From Basidiobolus meristosporus CBS 931.73 (Eukaryota > Fungi > Basidiobolomycota), in NCBI GenBank assembly GCA_002104905.1, contig MCFE01000392.1:18747-82746 (forward strand): a stretch of DNA of 64,000 nucleotides, given 5' to 3'. How positions within the stretch are numbered: the stretch's first letter is position 1; each line of letters opens with the position of its first letter. Positions 35,400-46,800 of the stretch are shown piece after piece. Below the pieces are notes generated by a model that did not search any database, had not been told where the DNA came from, and worked only from the letters and a program-made list of their open reading frames with translations. The position numbers and the translations under genes were made by a program.

Positions 35400-36521
35400 G
35401 TGGGTCATCATCAGTCAGTTAACCTGAAGAAACTCACTGATTGTCAGGTGTAATGGCATGTGGTGGCACAATTTGATGTGCTGGCATGGCCCTTAGCTGA
35501 GCTCAATATGATGCTGCTTGTTGATTCAACTTGGCCTGCCCCAATGGACTTGTGTCTAAATGAGCAGTTTGGCAAGTTCTGGTGGTTTTGCTCGGAAGCA
35601 TGCACATTGACCCAACATATAGTGACTCAATGTGTGGCACTCTTGTGAAGGGTGTTGGCATATTTTGGACTGGCATGCACTGGCTTGCAGAAGTTGCAAG
35701 GGATGGTAAGGAATCCAGCAAAGAGTGCTGGTGAAATCAAGTTGCTGTTGCTTGCAATCAGTATTCTTCCTCTTGAAGCCCACCTTCTGGTTCCTCAAAG
35801 TACTCACTTACCCTCTGTCAGTTACTTTGGAACTGTTGCTTAGATGAGTCCTGTGTATAATGCTCTTGGAAGCCACATAACTCTACTAATATATCATGTA
35901 ATACATTAGTCATTTTAGGCAAAAACTCATTCAAATCTCCTTGGTTCCCAAAGTTGAGGCACAAACAGATGTGTCCAATCTGTACTCTGCAAATTGCATG
36001 CAAAATTGTTTCTACATGGCTTCCTCATCAAATCCCCTCACTCTCAGCTCATTCTTGATTTCAATACTTGACTTGTTATGTATCTTGTTACATACATCTG
36101 CTGGCATTTTGATGTAGAACTCATGCCACAGCTTTCTACTCAGGTTCTTCCATCTCTGTCAACTCTCTGAGGTATCTAGTTCTGCTAGGTTAATGAGTAG
36201 TACCAAAATATCTGTATGAAGACTCATCATAGACACTTGGGCCATACTAAAATCATTTAGCAAGAACTCACATGGATTCAACATTGACTTCTCTGGTCTG
36301 GACTGCGCTGTGAGCTGGGGGATACGTTTTGTCTGGGTTGTACTAAAGTTGAGTTGAGACTTGGTATAGGGACTGTAGTGATGGATTTGGGTACTTATAC
36401 AGTAGTGTATTGGCATCAACCTGGTCTTATACAAAATATATATGAAAACTAATGTATTGTTGAGTTTTCTATATATTATGCATGGTGCATCTTGAATTAC
36501 ATTGACACAAATTGGATCCAA
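35400..36521 (-). pseudogene. Putative second gene of the PHIS element, unknown function, degraded
   Basis: Head-to-head with the transposase. Fragments (ORFs 36159-36521, 35818-36003) share protein motifs with the paralog at 11291-11511 (LRVRGF, YRLD, CLN.G.Q, MTNV...ILVEL.GF). Limits approximate. Confidence 0.4.
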
Positions 36522-36968
36522 TTAGTTACAGATTTCCTATTTGATTATAGACTTGTGAGTCAAGCATCAATAAAAATACTAAGTCTTTGTTTGAGTTTGA
36601 TTTTTGCAACATAATCATGGGATACATGGCAATTGATGGAGATTCATTCATAATGCAGGAAAAATCAGATAAATAAAGCTGCTTGTGCCAAATTAAATCA
36701 ATTCACCTCAGCCCAATCACCTACCAATTTTATTATGACTTACTCATCTGAATGATGCTTTTTCATCATTCCCATAATTACCACTGAATTTCCTTTTGAC
36801 ACACTAGAGGAGATCTATATCAAGCACTGTGGACCATCTGCCCTAATCTACTCAAGGAGATCCCTTGTTAAGCTTCTGTGGTACTACAAGAACTATTGCC
36901 CCACAAGGCTTCATTCCACCATCCATTGCAACAAAAGTCCTAGAGGCTTTTACTCCCAGCTGATAGCA

Positions 36969-37622
36969 ATGGAGAACCACCTTGCAGAGGGTATGAATGA
37001 CCTAGAGCAAGCTTGGAATACTAGGTTCAGAAGCTCCAATAGACTTCCATATCCCAGAGTGTTCAGCAGCAGGTTCCATATAAGGAGTATTTTGAATAAC
37101 TTCCCAGTCAGGATTAGCAGACCTTCTAGAGGGCAGAGGCACTTTTATTCTGGCAAGTACAAGGCACCCTGTGTGAAGTTTCAAGCACTGTTGAGCATTG
37201 AGGGTAACATCATCTGGTTTAGTGGGCCTTTTGCTGGAAGTAGGCATGACAAAGCACTCTGGGTAGAGAATCATCCGCAACTCAGTAGAGGGGAGAAATG
37301 TATGGCAGACTTAACTTATATAGGAGAGGATTGCTGGAGATTAGGATGTATTACAGCATATAGGAAGCCAAGGAATGGTGTGCTTAGCAGGAAGCATAAG
37401 CTCTACAATGAGATTTTTAATCATTTCAGAGCAAGGGTAGAGCACACATTTGGATATCTGAAGAGATTCAGCCTATTGGCAGATAAATACAGAGGAAAGT
37501 CATTTATAGGAGAAAAAATCAGAATAGGTAAAATAGTTAAGATACTTATCAATGCACAGTATACTCACACAAGAAGACATGCACTGAGAGAAGTGTGTCT
37601 GGGCATTATGAAGAGTAAATAA
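36969..37622 (+). CDS. DDE_Tnp_4 (PIF/Harbinger/ISL2EU-type) transposase, probably 5'-damaged
   Basis: 217 aa. FYSGKYKAPCVKFQ, GNIIWFSGPFAGSRHD, MADLTYIG, YNEIFNHFRARVEHTFGYLKRF. The expected first catalytic Asp reads N (ILNNFPVRISRP). Confidence 0.85.
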   Translation: MENHLAEGMNDLEQAWNTRFRSSNRLPYPRVFSSRFHIRSILNNFPVRISRPSRGQRHFYSGKYKAPCVKFQALLSIEGNIIWFSGPFAGSRHDKALWVENHPQLSRGEKCMADLTYIGEDCWRLGCITAYRKPRNGVLSRKHKLYNEIFNHFRARVEHTFGYLKRFSLLADKYRGKSFIGEKIRIGKIVKILINAQYTHTRRHALREVCLGIMKSK

Positions 37623-37941
37623 AGCAAGGAAAGCACTATTCCAAGCAACATAAGTAAGATTGAATAAAATTACCAGTAACTATATCCTACCACTGGCATT
37701 ATGGTAGAAATCCAGCACTCTAAACAGGCTGGCACTATGTGGCACTATCCAACATAACAAGTCTAATAAATAAGTGGCTTTTGATTGGTTCCCTGCCAAT
37801 TTGCTCATTTTCTGATGCCAGACACTCTACTACCTCCTATGCTTGTGTGCATTGACTGTCTATTGCATCTTTTTTGCACTCCTTACTTCCTGACTGAACA
37901 ATTTCTCTTACTTTTCATGCATACAAATTGATTTATTTCTG

Positions 37942-39230
37942 TCAAAACTTCAGTTGTACCTCAATTGCCAATTGCATTGACCTACACAAGTCCCTATACC
38001 CTACACTAACATTAAGCCCAATCCCACACTCAACAACTAACTTCATTAAAATCCACCTCTCAATAAGTATTTCTGCTGTAATGTTCTGGTTGCATGACTT
38101 TGGCAGGAACCAAACAGCTTTATGCCACGGCTCATTCACTGGTTCCCACTCATCTTGGTCTTCAGCTGGCACTGCAAGGTCTAGCACCTAATCTGCCAGT
38201 CTTTGCAATAAATCCTTGCAATCTTCAAGTGCATTTTCTTGAGCACGGCTCTTAAAAAAGTGTTGCAACCTCTTGGTGTGCCTATGAATGTTCACAAATT
38301 CCACTGAAGGCATCATGATAGTCTTTTGAGCTCTTGACATTGTAGTCTTTTCTGTCAGTGGGATCTCCATGCTGTCAACAATGGAGGATGTGGAGGCTAT
38401 GGTAGACAAATTTTCTTTTTCTACAAACTCATCCACCTTGCTGGAATGTGGCTTAACTGGTGGTGCTCTCAACTCTTTTGAAAACTGCTGTTTTCTTGTT
38501 GGTAATTCTTCTTGACCATGCTGGGATTTAGTCTGTCCCAGGCTTGCAATGTAAATTTGCAAGAACTGCAGTTTCTTTTGCATGCTTCCCTGTCTCAGGC
38601 ATGGATAGACATCTTTTGCTTTACCTTTTTCTTTATCATAGCCAGGTCTCTCACTTCTACTCTGCTTGAGTGCTTCTTGTAATAAACTACTTTTTCTCCT
38701 TGATAAATTCTGCTCTGAAGCATCTGTTTTGGCCTGCTTGTCCCTTGCTGGCACTCTTCTGGCAACCTGATGTTTCTTTTCTGCTTGTTTTGAGCTCTCA
38801 ACCATAGTTGTGATGGGCTCCTGTAAAAGCCACGGGTTTTTATCACTGCCAGGTCCTTCACTGGTACTTTGACTAGGTGCCTCTTTAATTGTACTACACT
38901 TTTTCCTTGATAAATGTTGTGCTGGCACATTTGTGTCTGCCTGCCTGTCCCTAATTGGCACTTTTCCAGCTACCTGACATCTCTTTGGTGCTTGTCAAGA
39001 GCTTTTGGCCCTGCTTTTAACAGGCTCTTGGGGAAGCTGCTGGTTTTTAGCCATGGCACCCTTGTTCTTCTGCCTTTGATAGTTTTTGCTATTCTTAAGA
39101 TACTTTCTTAGCATACCAATGCTGGCCCAAAATACATTTGCCTGTTTGTATCCAGATAATGCTCATGGAACAAGTCAAGTGCATTCTGCTTGGCCTTGAG
39201 TTCCTGATGGTCCCATAGTATTCCAGCCTT
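37942..39230 (-). pseudogene. CMC accessory ORF (copy delta-prime) with a 207-bp / 69-aa tandem duplication
   Basis: ORF 38188-38961: PIRDRQAD... and PARDKQAK... are 69 aa apart. DNA repeat starts at 38641 and 38848. Confidence 0.65.
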
Positions 39231-39561
39231 ACCCTATGAAAGATTATTGAGATAATCCCATCAAAAGGCTGTCACAAAGTTAAAGTCCTGTGACTAAGAG
39301 GTACTGATCCTGTCAGGACACCATCCAGAGACCGTTGAAAAGTAATTGCACCCCAGATTTCACAAAAAATATAGTCAAAATATTTCATCTCAACAATGTC
39401 TAAGTGGCTTTTGAATGGTTCCCTACCAATTTGCTCACTTTCTGATCCCAGACACTCTATTGCCTCCTACATTTGTGTGAATTGATTGGCTATTGCCTCT
39501 TTTTCACTCTCCTTGCTTCCTGACTCAATTGTTTCTCTTACTTTTCATGCATACAAATTGA

Positions 39562-41100
39562 TTATTTCTGTTGAAGCATCAGTTGAACTTCAATTGCCAA
39601 TTGCATTGACCTATACAAGTCCCTATACCCTACACAAACATTGAGCCCAATCCCACACTCAACAACTAACTCCATTAAAATCCACCTCTCAATAATTATT
39701 TCTGCTGTAATGCTCTGGTTCCACAACTTTGGCAGGAACCCAATGCCTTTGTGCCACGGTTCATTCACTGGTTCCCACATGTCCTGGTCTTCAGCCAGCA
39801 CTGCAAGGTCTAGTACCTCATCTGCCAATCCTTGCACTAAATCCTTGCAATATTCCAGTGCATTTTCTTAAGCACTGCTCTTGAAAAAGTGCTGCAACCT
39901 CTTGGTGTGCCTATTAATGTTCCAAAATTCTACTGAAGACATTGTCATTGTCTTTTGAGCTTTTAACATTGTAGCCTTGTCTGTAAGTGGGATCTCCACT
40001 CTGTCAACAATGGAGGATGTGGAGGCTGTGGTAGACAAATTGCCTTTTTCAGCAAACTCATCTAACTTGTTGGAGTGTGGCTCAACTGGCTGTGCTTCCA
40101 ACTCTTTTGAAAACAGCTGTTTTCTTGTTGGTAATTCTTCCTGGCTATGATGGGATTCAGTCTGTTCTGGGCTTGCGGCATTAATTGGCAAGAACTGCAG
40201 TTTTTTTTGCATGCCTCCCTGTCTCAAGCTTAGGTTGACATTTTTCCCTTCACCTTATCCTTTATCACTGCCAGGTCTTTCACTGCTACTTTGTCTGAGT
40301 GCTTCTTGTAACAAACTACATTTCTCCTTCATATACTCTACTCTGATGCATCTGTTTTTGCCTGCTTGTCCCTTGCTGGCACTCTTCTGGCAACCTGATG
40401 TTTCTTTTCTGCTTGTTTTGAGCTCTCAGCCATAGTTGTGACAGGCTCCTGTAAAAGCAGCTGGTTTTTATCACTGCCAGGTCCTTCACTGCTACTTTGA
40501 CTTAGTGCTTCTTGAGTGGTCCTACGCTTTTTCCTTGATAAATGTTGTGCTGGTGCATCTGTGTCTGCCTGCTTGTCTCTAATTGGCATTTTTCCAGCTA
40601 CTTGATGTCTCTTTGATGCTTGTCTGGAGCTTTCAGCCCTGCTTGTAACAGGCTCTTGATGAAGCCACTTGCTTTTAGCCATGGCACCCTTGTCCTTCTG
40701 CCTATGATAGTTCTTGCTATTCTTAAGATATTTACTTAGCATACCAAGGCTGGCCCAATATCTGATTGCCTGCTTAAATCCAGGATAATGCTCATGGAAC
40801 AAGTCAAGTGCATTCTGCTTGGCCTTGAGTTCCTGATAGTCCCAAGGTATGCCAGCCTTAAGGTGATGGTGTGCTAGACTTCTGATGGCCTATTGTATAT
40901 TAGCCCACTGTTCATTATTGCACTCAACAGCTTCACAGATCTTCAATGACTTTTGATTTTTAGGCTTTGGTATAAACACCTTATTTTTTTCCTACCACAC
41001 TGTGTTAGGTTTTTCTGTGGGCTTTATCTTTGGGCACTGTTGTTGTGCTACAAAGACGGTACAGTGTTCCACTGCTGTTACATCAGGAAATGACTCATTT
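39562..41100 (-). pseudogene. CMC accessory ORF (copy delta), frameshifted
   Basis: ORF pieces 40338-40802, 39868-40227 and 39562-39837. Same 69-aa duplication. Confidence 0.65.
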
Positions 41101-42013
41101 CTTGGCTGTGACATTTAGCTACTGAGTTCCTTCTTTGCAGCAAAGATACTGCTTTCTCTACCTGTGATATTAGTTGCTCTACACATATTATCCACTCATC
41201 CTGATTCTGGACTATCTCCTGATTTCTCTGGGCCATTACATCTATCCAATCAGCCACTGTACCTGATTGCTTCATTAATGCCTTGGTATGAGCTGACTAC
41301 ACACTTGTTAATATGGGTGTGGAGATGTTATCAGGGCCACTTGCTGGTCTTCAACTGAAGGTACTGCGTTTGCTACATTCTCATCTGCCTGAGCATAATG
41401 GTCAGCTTGTGGCTCTGCAGAGGTTCTCAATTGTCCGCATTATTACCTTCAATGGGCATACTGTCCACAGGACCTTTTTTGGATGTAGCCCTGCTTGTTG
41501 CACTGAATGTCAAAGCAAGCTGTTGTTCAACCATTCTTTTGTTGCTACTAGCAGTGGGGTTTGGTTGGGAACCAGAAAAGTTTACTATATTTTGTGGCAG
41601 CATATATATGGAAGTGAGTCAAACCAAAGGGGAAATAGTGTTACATATATGTGTGTATGTAGTGCCACAACTTTGTTTATAATGCTTACTATGGCAGGTC
41701 ATCATTGAATCTTACCTTCATGTAGGTGCAATGTCTCAAATACAGATTGTCTTAAGTTCATATGAGTATTGACCAAAAAGTGATATAAAAGCATTATGTT
41801 GTTGAAGGTCCAACTGTTTGCCCCATGGATAAGACCACTTTGACTGAACGCCGTAAGAGAAGAGAAAAAAGTCCATGTGGCTATTGTGGCAAGCCTCCCT
41901 GCCATGAAGCATGCAGACAGCATAGGAAGTATTACAAGGATCACAGCCAGTGTTTTGCCACCCAAGTCATATTTGACCATTAATTGATCACTACTGTACC
42001 AACATTATCTTGC

Positions 42014-42304
42014 TGTCATGATCACATGACAACCATGAACACCCATGCCAAGTTTCAGCTTCCTAGCTCAAATTCTAAGAGATTCCCTTGGAACCTTCTA
42101 CCACTTTCCAGAAAGTTCCTGACCATTCCAAACCATTGTTACACAGTGGAACATTCCATGGAAGCTTCCCATTGTCTTTTTCATAATCCAGTACCATATA
42201 TGAAAATACCAGGTCACATGACTTAGTCATATGTTCAGGTGACCCAATCCATTTCCCCATCCTATCTCAGTGCCTTGCCTTCTATATTATTATCCCCAGC
42301 ACCC
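42014..42304 (+). mobile_element. 5' fragment of a G3-like LTR occupying a ~0.9-kb deletion in CMC delta
   Basis: Starts TGTCATGATCACATG like 4134 (TGTCATGATTACATG) and shares the cattc..tggaagcttccc...ccatatat block with 4270-4320. CMC sequence resumes at tgggcctaaatcaccg (alpha 9235). Confidence 0.65.
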
Positions 42305-42590
42305 TGGGCCTAAATCACCGTCAAACTTGGATTGCTACCTGTATCCATTGCTGGATGAATTTTGTGTGCTTTCCAGCAGGATAACAGCTAGTGGCTGTCA
42401 TGTAAAAGTGCATATTTTTTTCTGCATTGGATTTACCGCAGCCATTAGCAAGATAGCAGGTTATTCCAGGCACAATGGATGGTATTGCTGTCAAATGTGT
42501 GAGATCCAGGGGATTTACTCCATAACTCACACACATTATTATTACTCAAACACTGGCACTAAGAACATCATTTTTCCACAGAGAGAACGT

Positions 42591-43670
42591 TGTAGTGGGG
42601 TCACAGTGACACCCACAGGCAGATGTGCTCATTCTTATGCATTCACTTCCCTAAAAAGGATTACCCCGCCTATATTATTATCATCCCAAATTTGCAATAT
42701 TTCCTATTTTTGTCTATGTGATTATTACTATGCAACCTGACAAACTATTTGTCCCTATTAACCCATTGCACAAGCTATTCTTATTCCTTGCCGAGATGCC
42801 AAGATAAGATAGTTACCTTATAAGGCAAGTACCCCAACAGTGCCCATGTCACGTGACCATCTTGGTTTCATAATCCCCCATCTCACTACCATAAGAGGCA
42901 ACCACATGACACAGAGGTTTCATGTTACCACTACCTGATTGGCTAGGTGCTACTATATCTCATGGAACAATCCGCCAAGAATTTGCGCTATTTTTAGTAC
43001 ACAAAGACATGATTGGTTGTCTACTACCTTCTGGAAACTTCCGGAAAGTATTTTCTAGCAAGAAATTGAGCAGCAAAAAAAGTATATAAGGGAGGCTATC
43101 CCTTAAAATAAATCATCCCTCTTCCAATATTCCGACTTATTGATTAGTGAGATCACCGCTACCTATTACCACTATTTTCTGACTCAGACCTGACAACACT
43201 CCCAGGAAACCGCGCTGACAGCCAACTGACCTTGGAGGCACTACTTGTGAGGAATACTCAGAGTAGGTATATTTTATTATATTTGTTTGTTTTCCCAAGT
43301 TTGTTCTTGTACAGGCAAAGATACTTTTCAGTCTTTGTAACTATTGGTCAAAGCTGCATTCTTATCAAGTCCCTGTTGGTGGAGTTTACAGTTGTTTTGA
43401 CTTTGGAAGCTTTAGTACATTGTCATCTCAAAGGACGTCGAAGCCATTATAAACTTTTGTTAAGACGCCAACTAAGTTGGGGATTGTAGTTCAATAGTTT
43501 TCCCTTGACAAGCTTGAGGCTTTATCCCCCATCACATTAGATTAGACAAAAGACCCAGTATTCCTAGCAAGCTTTTGCCAGAGGTTATTGCACCCAGTGA
43601 ACACCCCACACACATTCACACTTGAGAAGTGTTGGCCGTATTTTCCCCTTTGGACTTATACACCACCACA
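42591..43670 (+). repeat. G2 5' LTR
   Basis: TGTAG...CCACA, repeated at 48704-49783. Contains TATATAAG at 43083 (possible TATA box, conserved in the 51245 LTR). Confidence 0.97.
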
Positions 43671-43674
43671 TATT

Positions 43675-43692
43675 TGGCACCCAACGTGGGGG
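43675..43692 (+). promoter_or_regulatory. Primer-binding site TGGCACCCAACGTGGGGG, tRNA-Lys(CUU)-like
   Basis: 16/18 match to the known Lys1,2 PBS TGGCGCCCAACGTGGGGC. Lies 4 nt after the LTR. Similar site at 53040-53057. Confidence 0.8.
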
Positions 43693-43810
43693 GTTCATAC
43701 AAGCTCCCTAGGACCCAACAAGATTTACCTGAAGATTTGAGCCGTTACCCATTTATTGAAACAAGACTACCGATATTATCAAGACTAAAACACCAACCTA
43801 CCTACCCAAA

Positions 43811-46800
43811 ATGAACTCTATGCCGTTACCACTCTCACATGGAGCCCCACAGTTTGATGGAAAGAATGTGGAGAGCTTCATATTCAAATGGGAGAAGCTC
43901 TGCAAGATGTGCAGCCTATCTGAACAAGAAATGGCTGAAGACTTCCCCTACTACTGCACCGATGATATTACTACTAAGCTTCTCAGACAAGGAGACATTC
44001 TGACTGACTGGACCTTAATGAAGACCTACCTACAGGCCAAGTATGGCAGACCCCAGATATACTATGGAATTGAAGACCTCAGACACTTTGGGAGGATGGG
44101 ACTCTCCAAGCTACCAATTGAAGAGTTCATTCAACAATATGAAGATATGGCCAAGCCACTCCTAGAGTCCCAGGCGATAACTGAGTTTACCATGACACTT
44201 TACCTTGCACAAGGGCTTCCCCAGGAGTTGGCAAGGAAAGTTGACCTACATGCAGCCAAGGATGACAAGTCTGGCATTCCTTGCTTTGCAGAGATGAAAC
44301 GTGTACTCCTAGAGGCAAAGCAAACTTCTACCTTTATGAGACTCCTGACATCTAATCTGCCAGACCAGCCAACCAAGGAGCTAAAGAGTGCTGTTGCTGA
44401 CAATCAGACCTACACTACCGACAGAATTGACCAACTTGCTGAACAGCTACAAAAGCTAGCCCTCAAGGTTAATGGCTCAGCTGAGGTAGCTACTGAGGGC
44501 CAAAGAGCTTTGCCTAGACACTGCATTTGGTGTGACTCTACTCAGCATGCCAGACGTGAATGCTCAGAGCTTAGCCAGCTACTTAGAGAAGGAACAGTAC
44601 AGTTTGATGCTGATGGAATGCTTGCTGATAAGGAAGGAGAAAGGATTCCCACTAATTTCCGAAGAGGCGGAATGAGAGCCCTTTTCCAGAAGTCTGACTC
44701 AGCAGCTAGAAAGATTACTGTTGATGCCCCTATTGATACTCATACAGTGAGTCCAAACAGCCCTGACAACAGAAAATACGAAGTAGACACCTTTGCTACT
44801 AAGAGACACCTTCCTGAAGAACCTGTCAAACCCATCCTTAGAAGACCACGATTTGAAGAGCCTGAGGTTATTATTGACAAGAGGCCTGGAACACTGCCTA
44901 CTCAAGACCCATTACCTCACTTTCAGATGACCTCAAAGATAGCAGGCTACTCAAGCCCCCAATTGATTACTGAGAAACTACTGAAGCAGAACCTCACTTT
45001 GTCAGTTGGAGAAATCATGAGTGTATCACCGTCTGTTAGGAAGACCTTTGATGAGCAGCTTAGAACAAGAAGACAAGCTGTTGAACATATGGACACCCAT
45101 ATAATCCAGACAAACCATGAAGACCACAAAAAGGATGACACCGCTACCAAATACAAGACCTTTTACTCAGTTGCAACTGCTGTGGTGAAAGGGTATATAT
45201 ATGATGACCCTGTTGACTGCCATATTGACAGTGGTTCAGAGATTTGTGTTATGCCGCTAGACTTCTGGAAGACACTTAGAAGCAAGGAGCTACTGCCTGT
45301 TGATAGAGATATTGGATGGAACATGACTGATGCAAACTCAGGGTCTAGCCCACTCTATGGTGTAGTGCACAAGTTCCCTATTGAGGTACAAGGAATCAAG
45401 GTCTGGCTTCCCCTCTTTATCTGCCAGAAGGCAAACTTTGACCTTCTGTTAGGCAGACCATGGGAGACCAGTACTAAGGCTACAACTACCAACTATTCTG
45501 ATGGGTCAGTGTGGTACACTATACAAGGATCCAACCCAGGACTACAGTCAACATTCTGTGGGGTAACACCCAACAATAAGAGGACACATACCGCTTGCCA
45601 GAAGACACATCTTGTTATAGAAGAAGATGAGGAGCCTGACAGTATACACCCTAACAGTTGGAGCTGCTCATTAGGTATACAGGAGCAGTCAGCTATGGTT
45701 CGCACAAAATACAAGACAGTGGAACAGAAGATTAGACCATCACTTACACCTTTGACTGATGGGTCTCAACCTGCTGATTACATCAGACTACCAGAAGGAA
45801 CACCAGAAGATATACGACTTACACCTGAGAGACTTAAGCAACTTATCATTGGTGATGGAAACCTAACACCGGAGGAGATCTTACTATTTGAAGAAACCCT
45901 GAAAAGGCATGATAAGGTTTTCTCATATAACGACAAGGAGATGGGACTCTTAAAGACATCAGTTGAAAAACCTATCAAAATTCATACAGTGCCCCACACA
46001 CCCTGGTCATTTAAACCTTACCCACTGCCTAGAGGACTCCAAGCTGATGTGCATGACCTACTTAAGAAGAAGATTGAAGCTGGTATCCTAGAACCTTGCC
46101 ATGGACCTTATGCTAACAGATGGTTTGTGACCAAAAAGAAGAATGGGAAGCTCCGTTTCATTCAAGACATGCAACCTGCAAATGCCGTCACTATCAGAGA
46201 TGCCGCAATACCTCCGTCTATTGATGACTTTGCAGAAAGCTTTAGTGGTCACTCCATCTACTCAACATATGATCTCTACTCAGGATATGACCAGATTCCC
46301 CTAGATGAGACATCAAGAGATATGTTTGCACTCCAGACACCATTTGGACTGTTAAGAATGACAAGACTTAGCCAAGGGGCAACAAACTCAGTGGCTCAGT
46401 TCCAGAGGTGCATGGTAAGTGTGCTCTACCGGTTTATTCCTGAGAAACTTGCTGTCTTTGTTGATGACATAGGCATCAAAGGACCAAAACTCCGGGACAC
46501 AACTGAAGTTATGCCTGGAGTAAGAAAGTTTGTCTATGACCATATTTCAGACAATGATGCCATATTAGGAGCCATTGAAGAAGCTGGACTCACCATCAGT
46601 GGTGAGAAAAGCAGCTTTGGTGTATCAGAGATATCCATTGTTGGACAAAAATGCAACACCTTTGGCCGTTCACCTGGAGACTCCAAGACACAAAAGATAT
46701 GCAACTGGCCTACCCCCACAAATCTAACACAAGCTCGTGGCTTTGTGGCAGCTTGTGGGTTCTTTAGGATCTGGATCCCAAGATTTTCTGAGATAGCAGA

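Larger units (their letters stand above)
29700..37764 (+). mobile_element. PIF/Harbinger-related (PHIS) DNA transposon, ~3.4 kb native length, with AAT TSD; contains copia A2
   Basis: Imperfect 25-bp TIRs (AGACTTATTTCATTGTACTGTGCCA vs reverse complement AGACTTGTTATGTTGGATAGTGCCA, 18/25). AAT on both sides (29697-29699, 37765-37767). Paralogous empty site with a single AAT at 39395-39397. DDE_Tnp_4 ORF inside. Confidence 0.82.
29592..39231 (+). mobile_element. CMC copy delta-prime (left arm only), interrupted by the PIF/Harbinger-like element and cut by CMC copy delta
   Basis: 29592-29699 joined to 37768-39231 is colinear with 39289-40860. Confidence 0.75.

Noticed and set aside
36546-36560. 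AGACTTGT as the left end of a separate 1.2-kb element ending at 37764
   Set aside because: Only 8 nt match the TIR, and the flank is TAT, not AAT. The empty site supports 29700 as the partner end.
43232-43489. 85-aa ORF repeated at 49345-49602 as an accessory gene
   Set aside because: It lies wholly in the LTR, starts at a non-ATG codon, has no motif and is not preserved in the related LTR at 51245.
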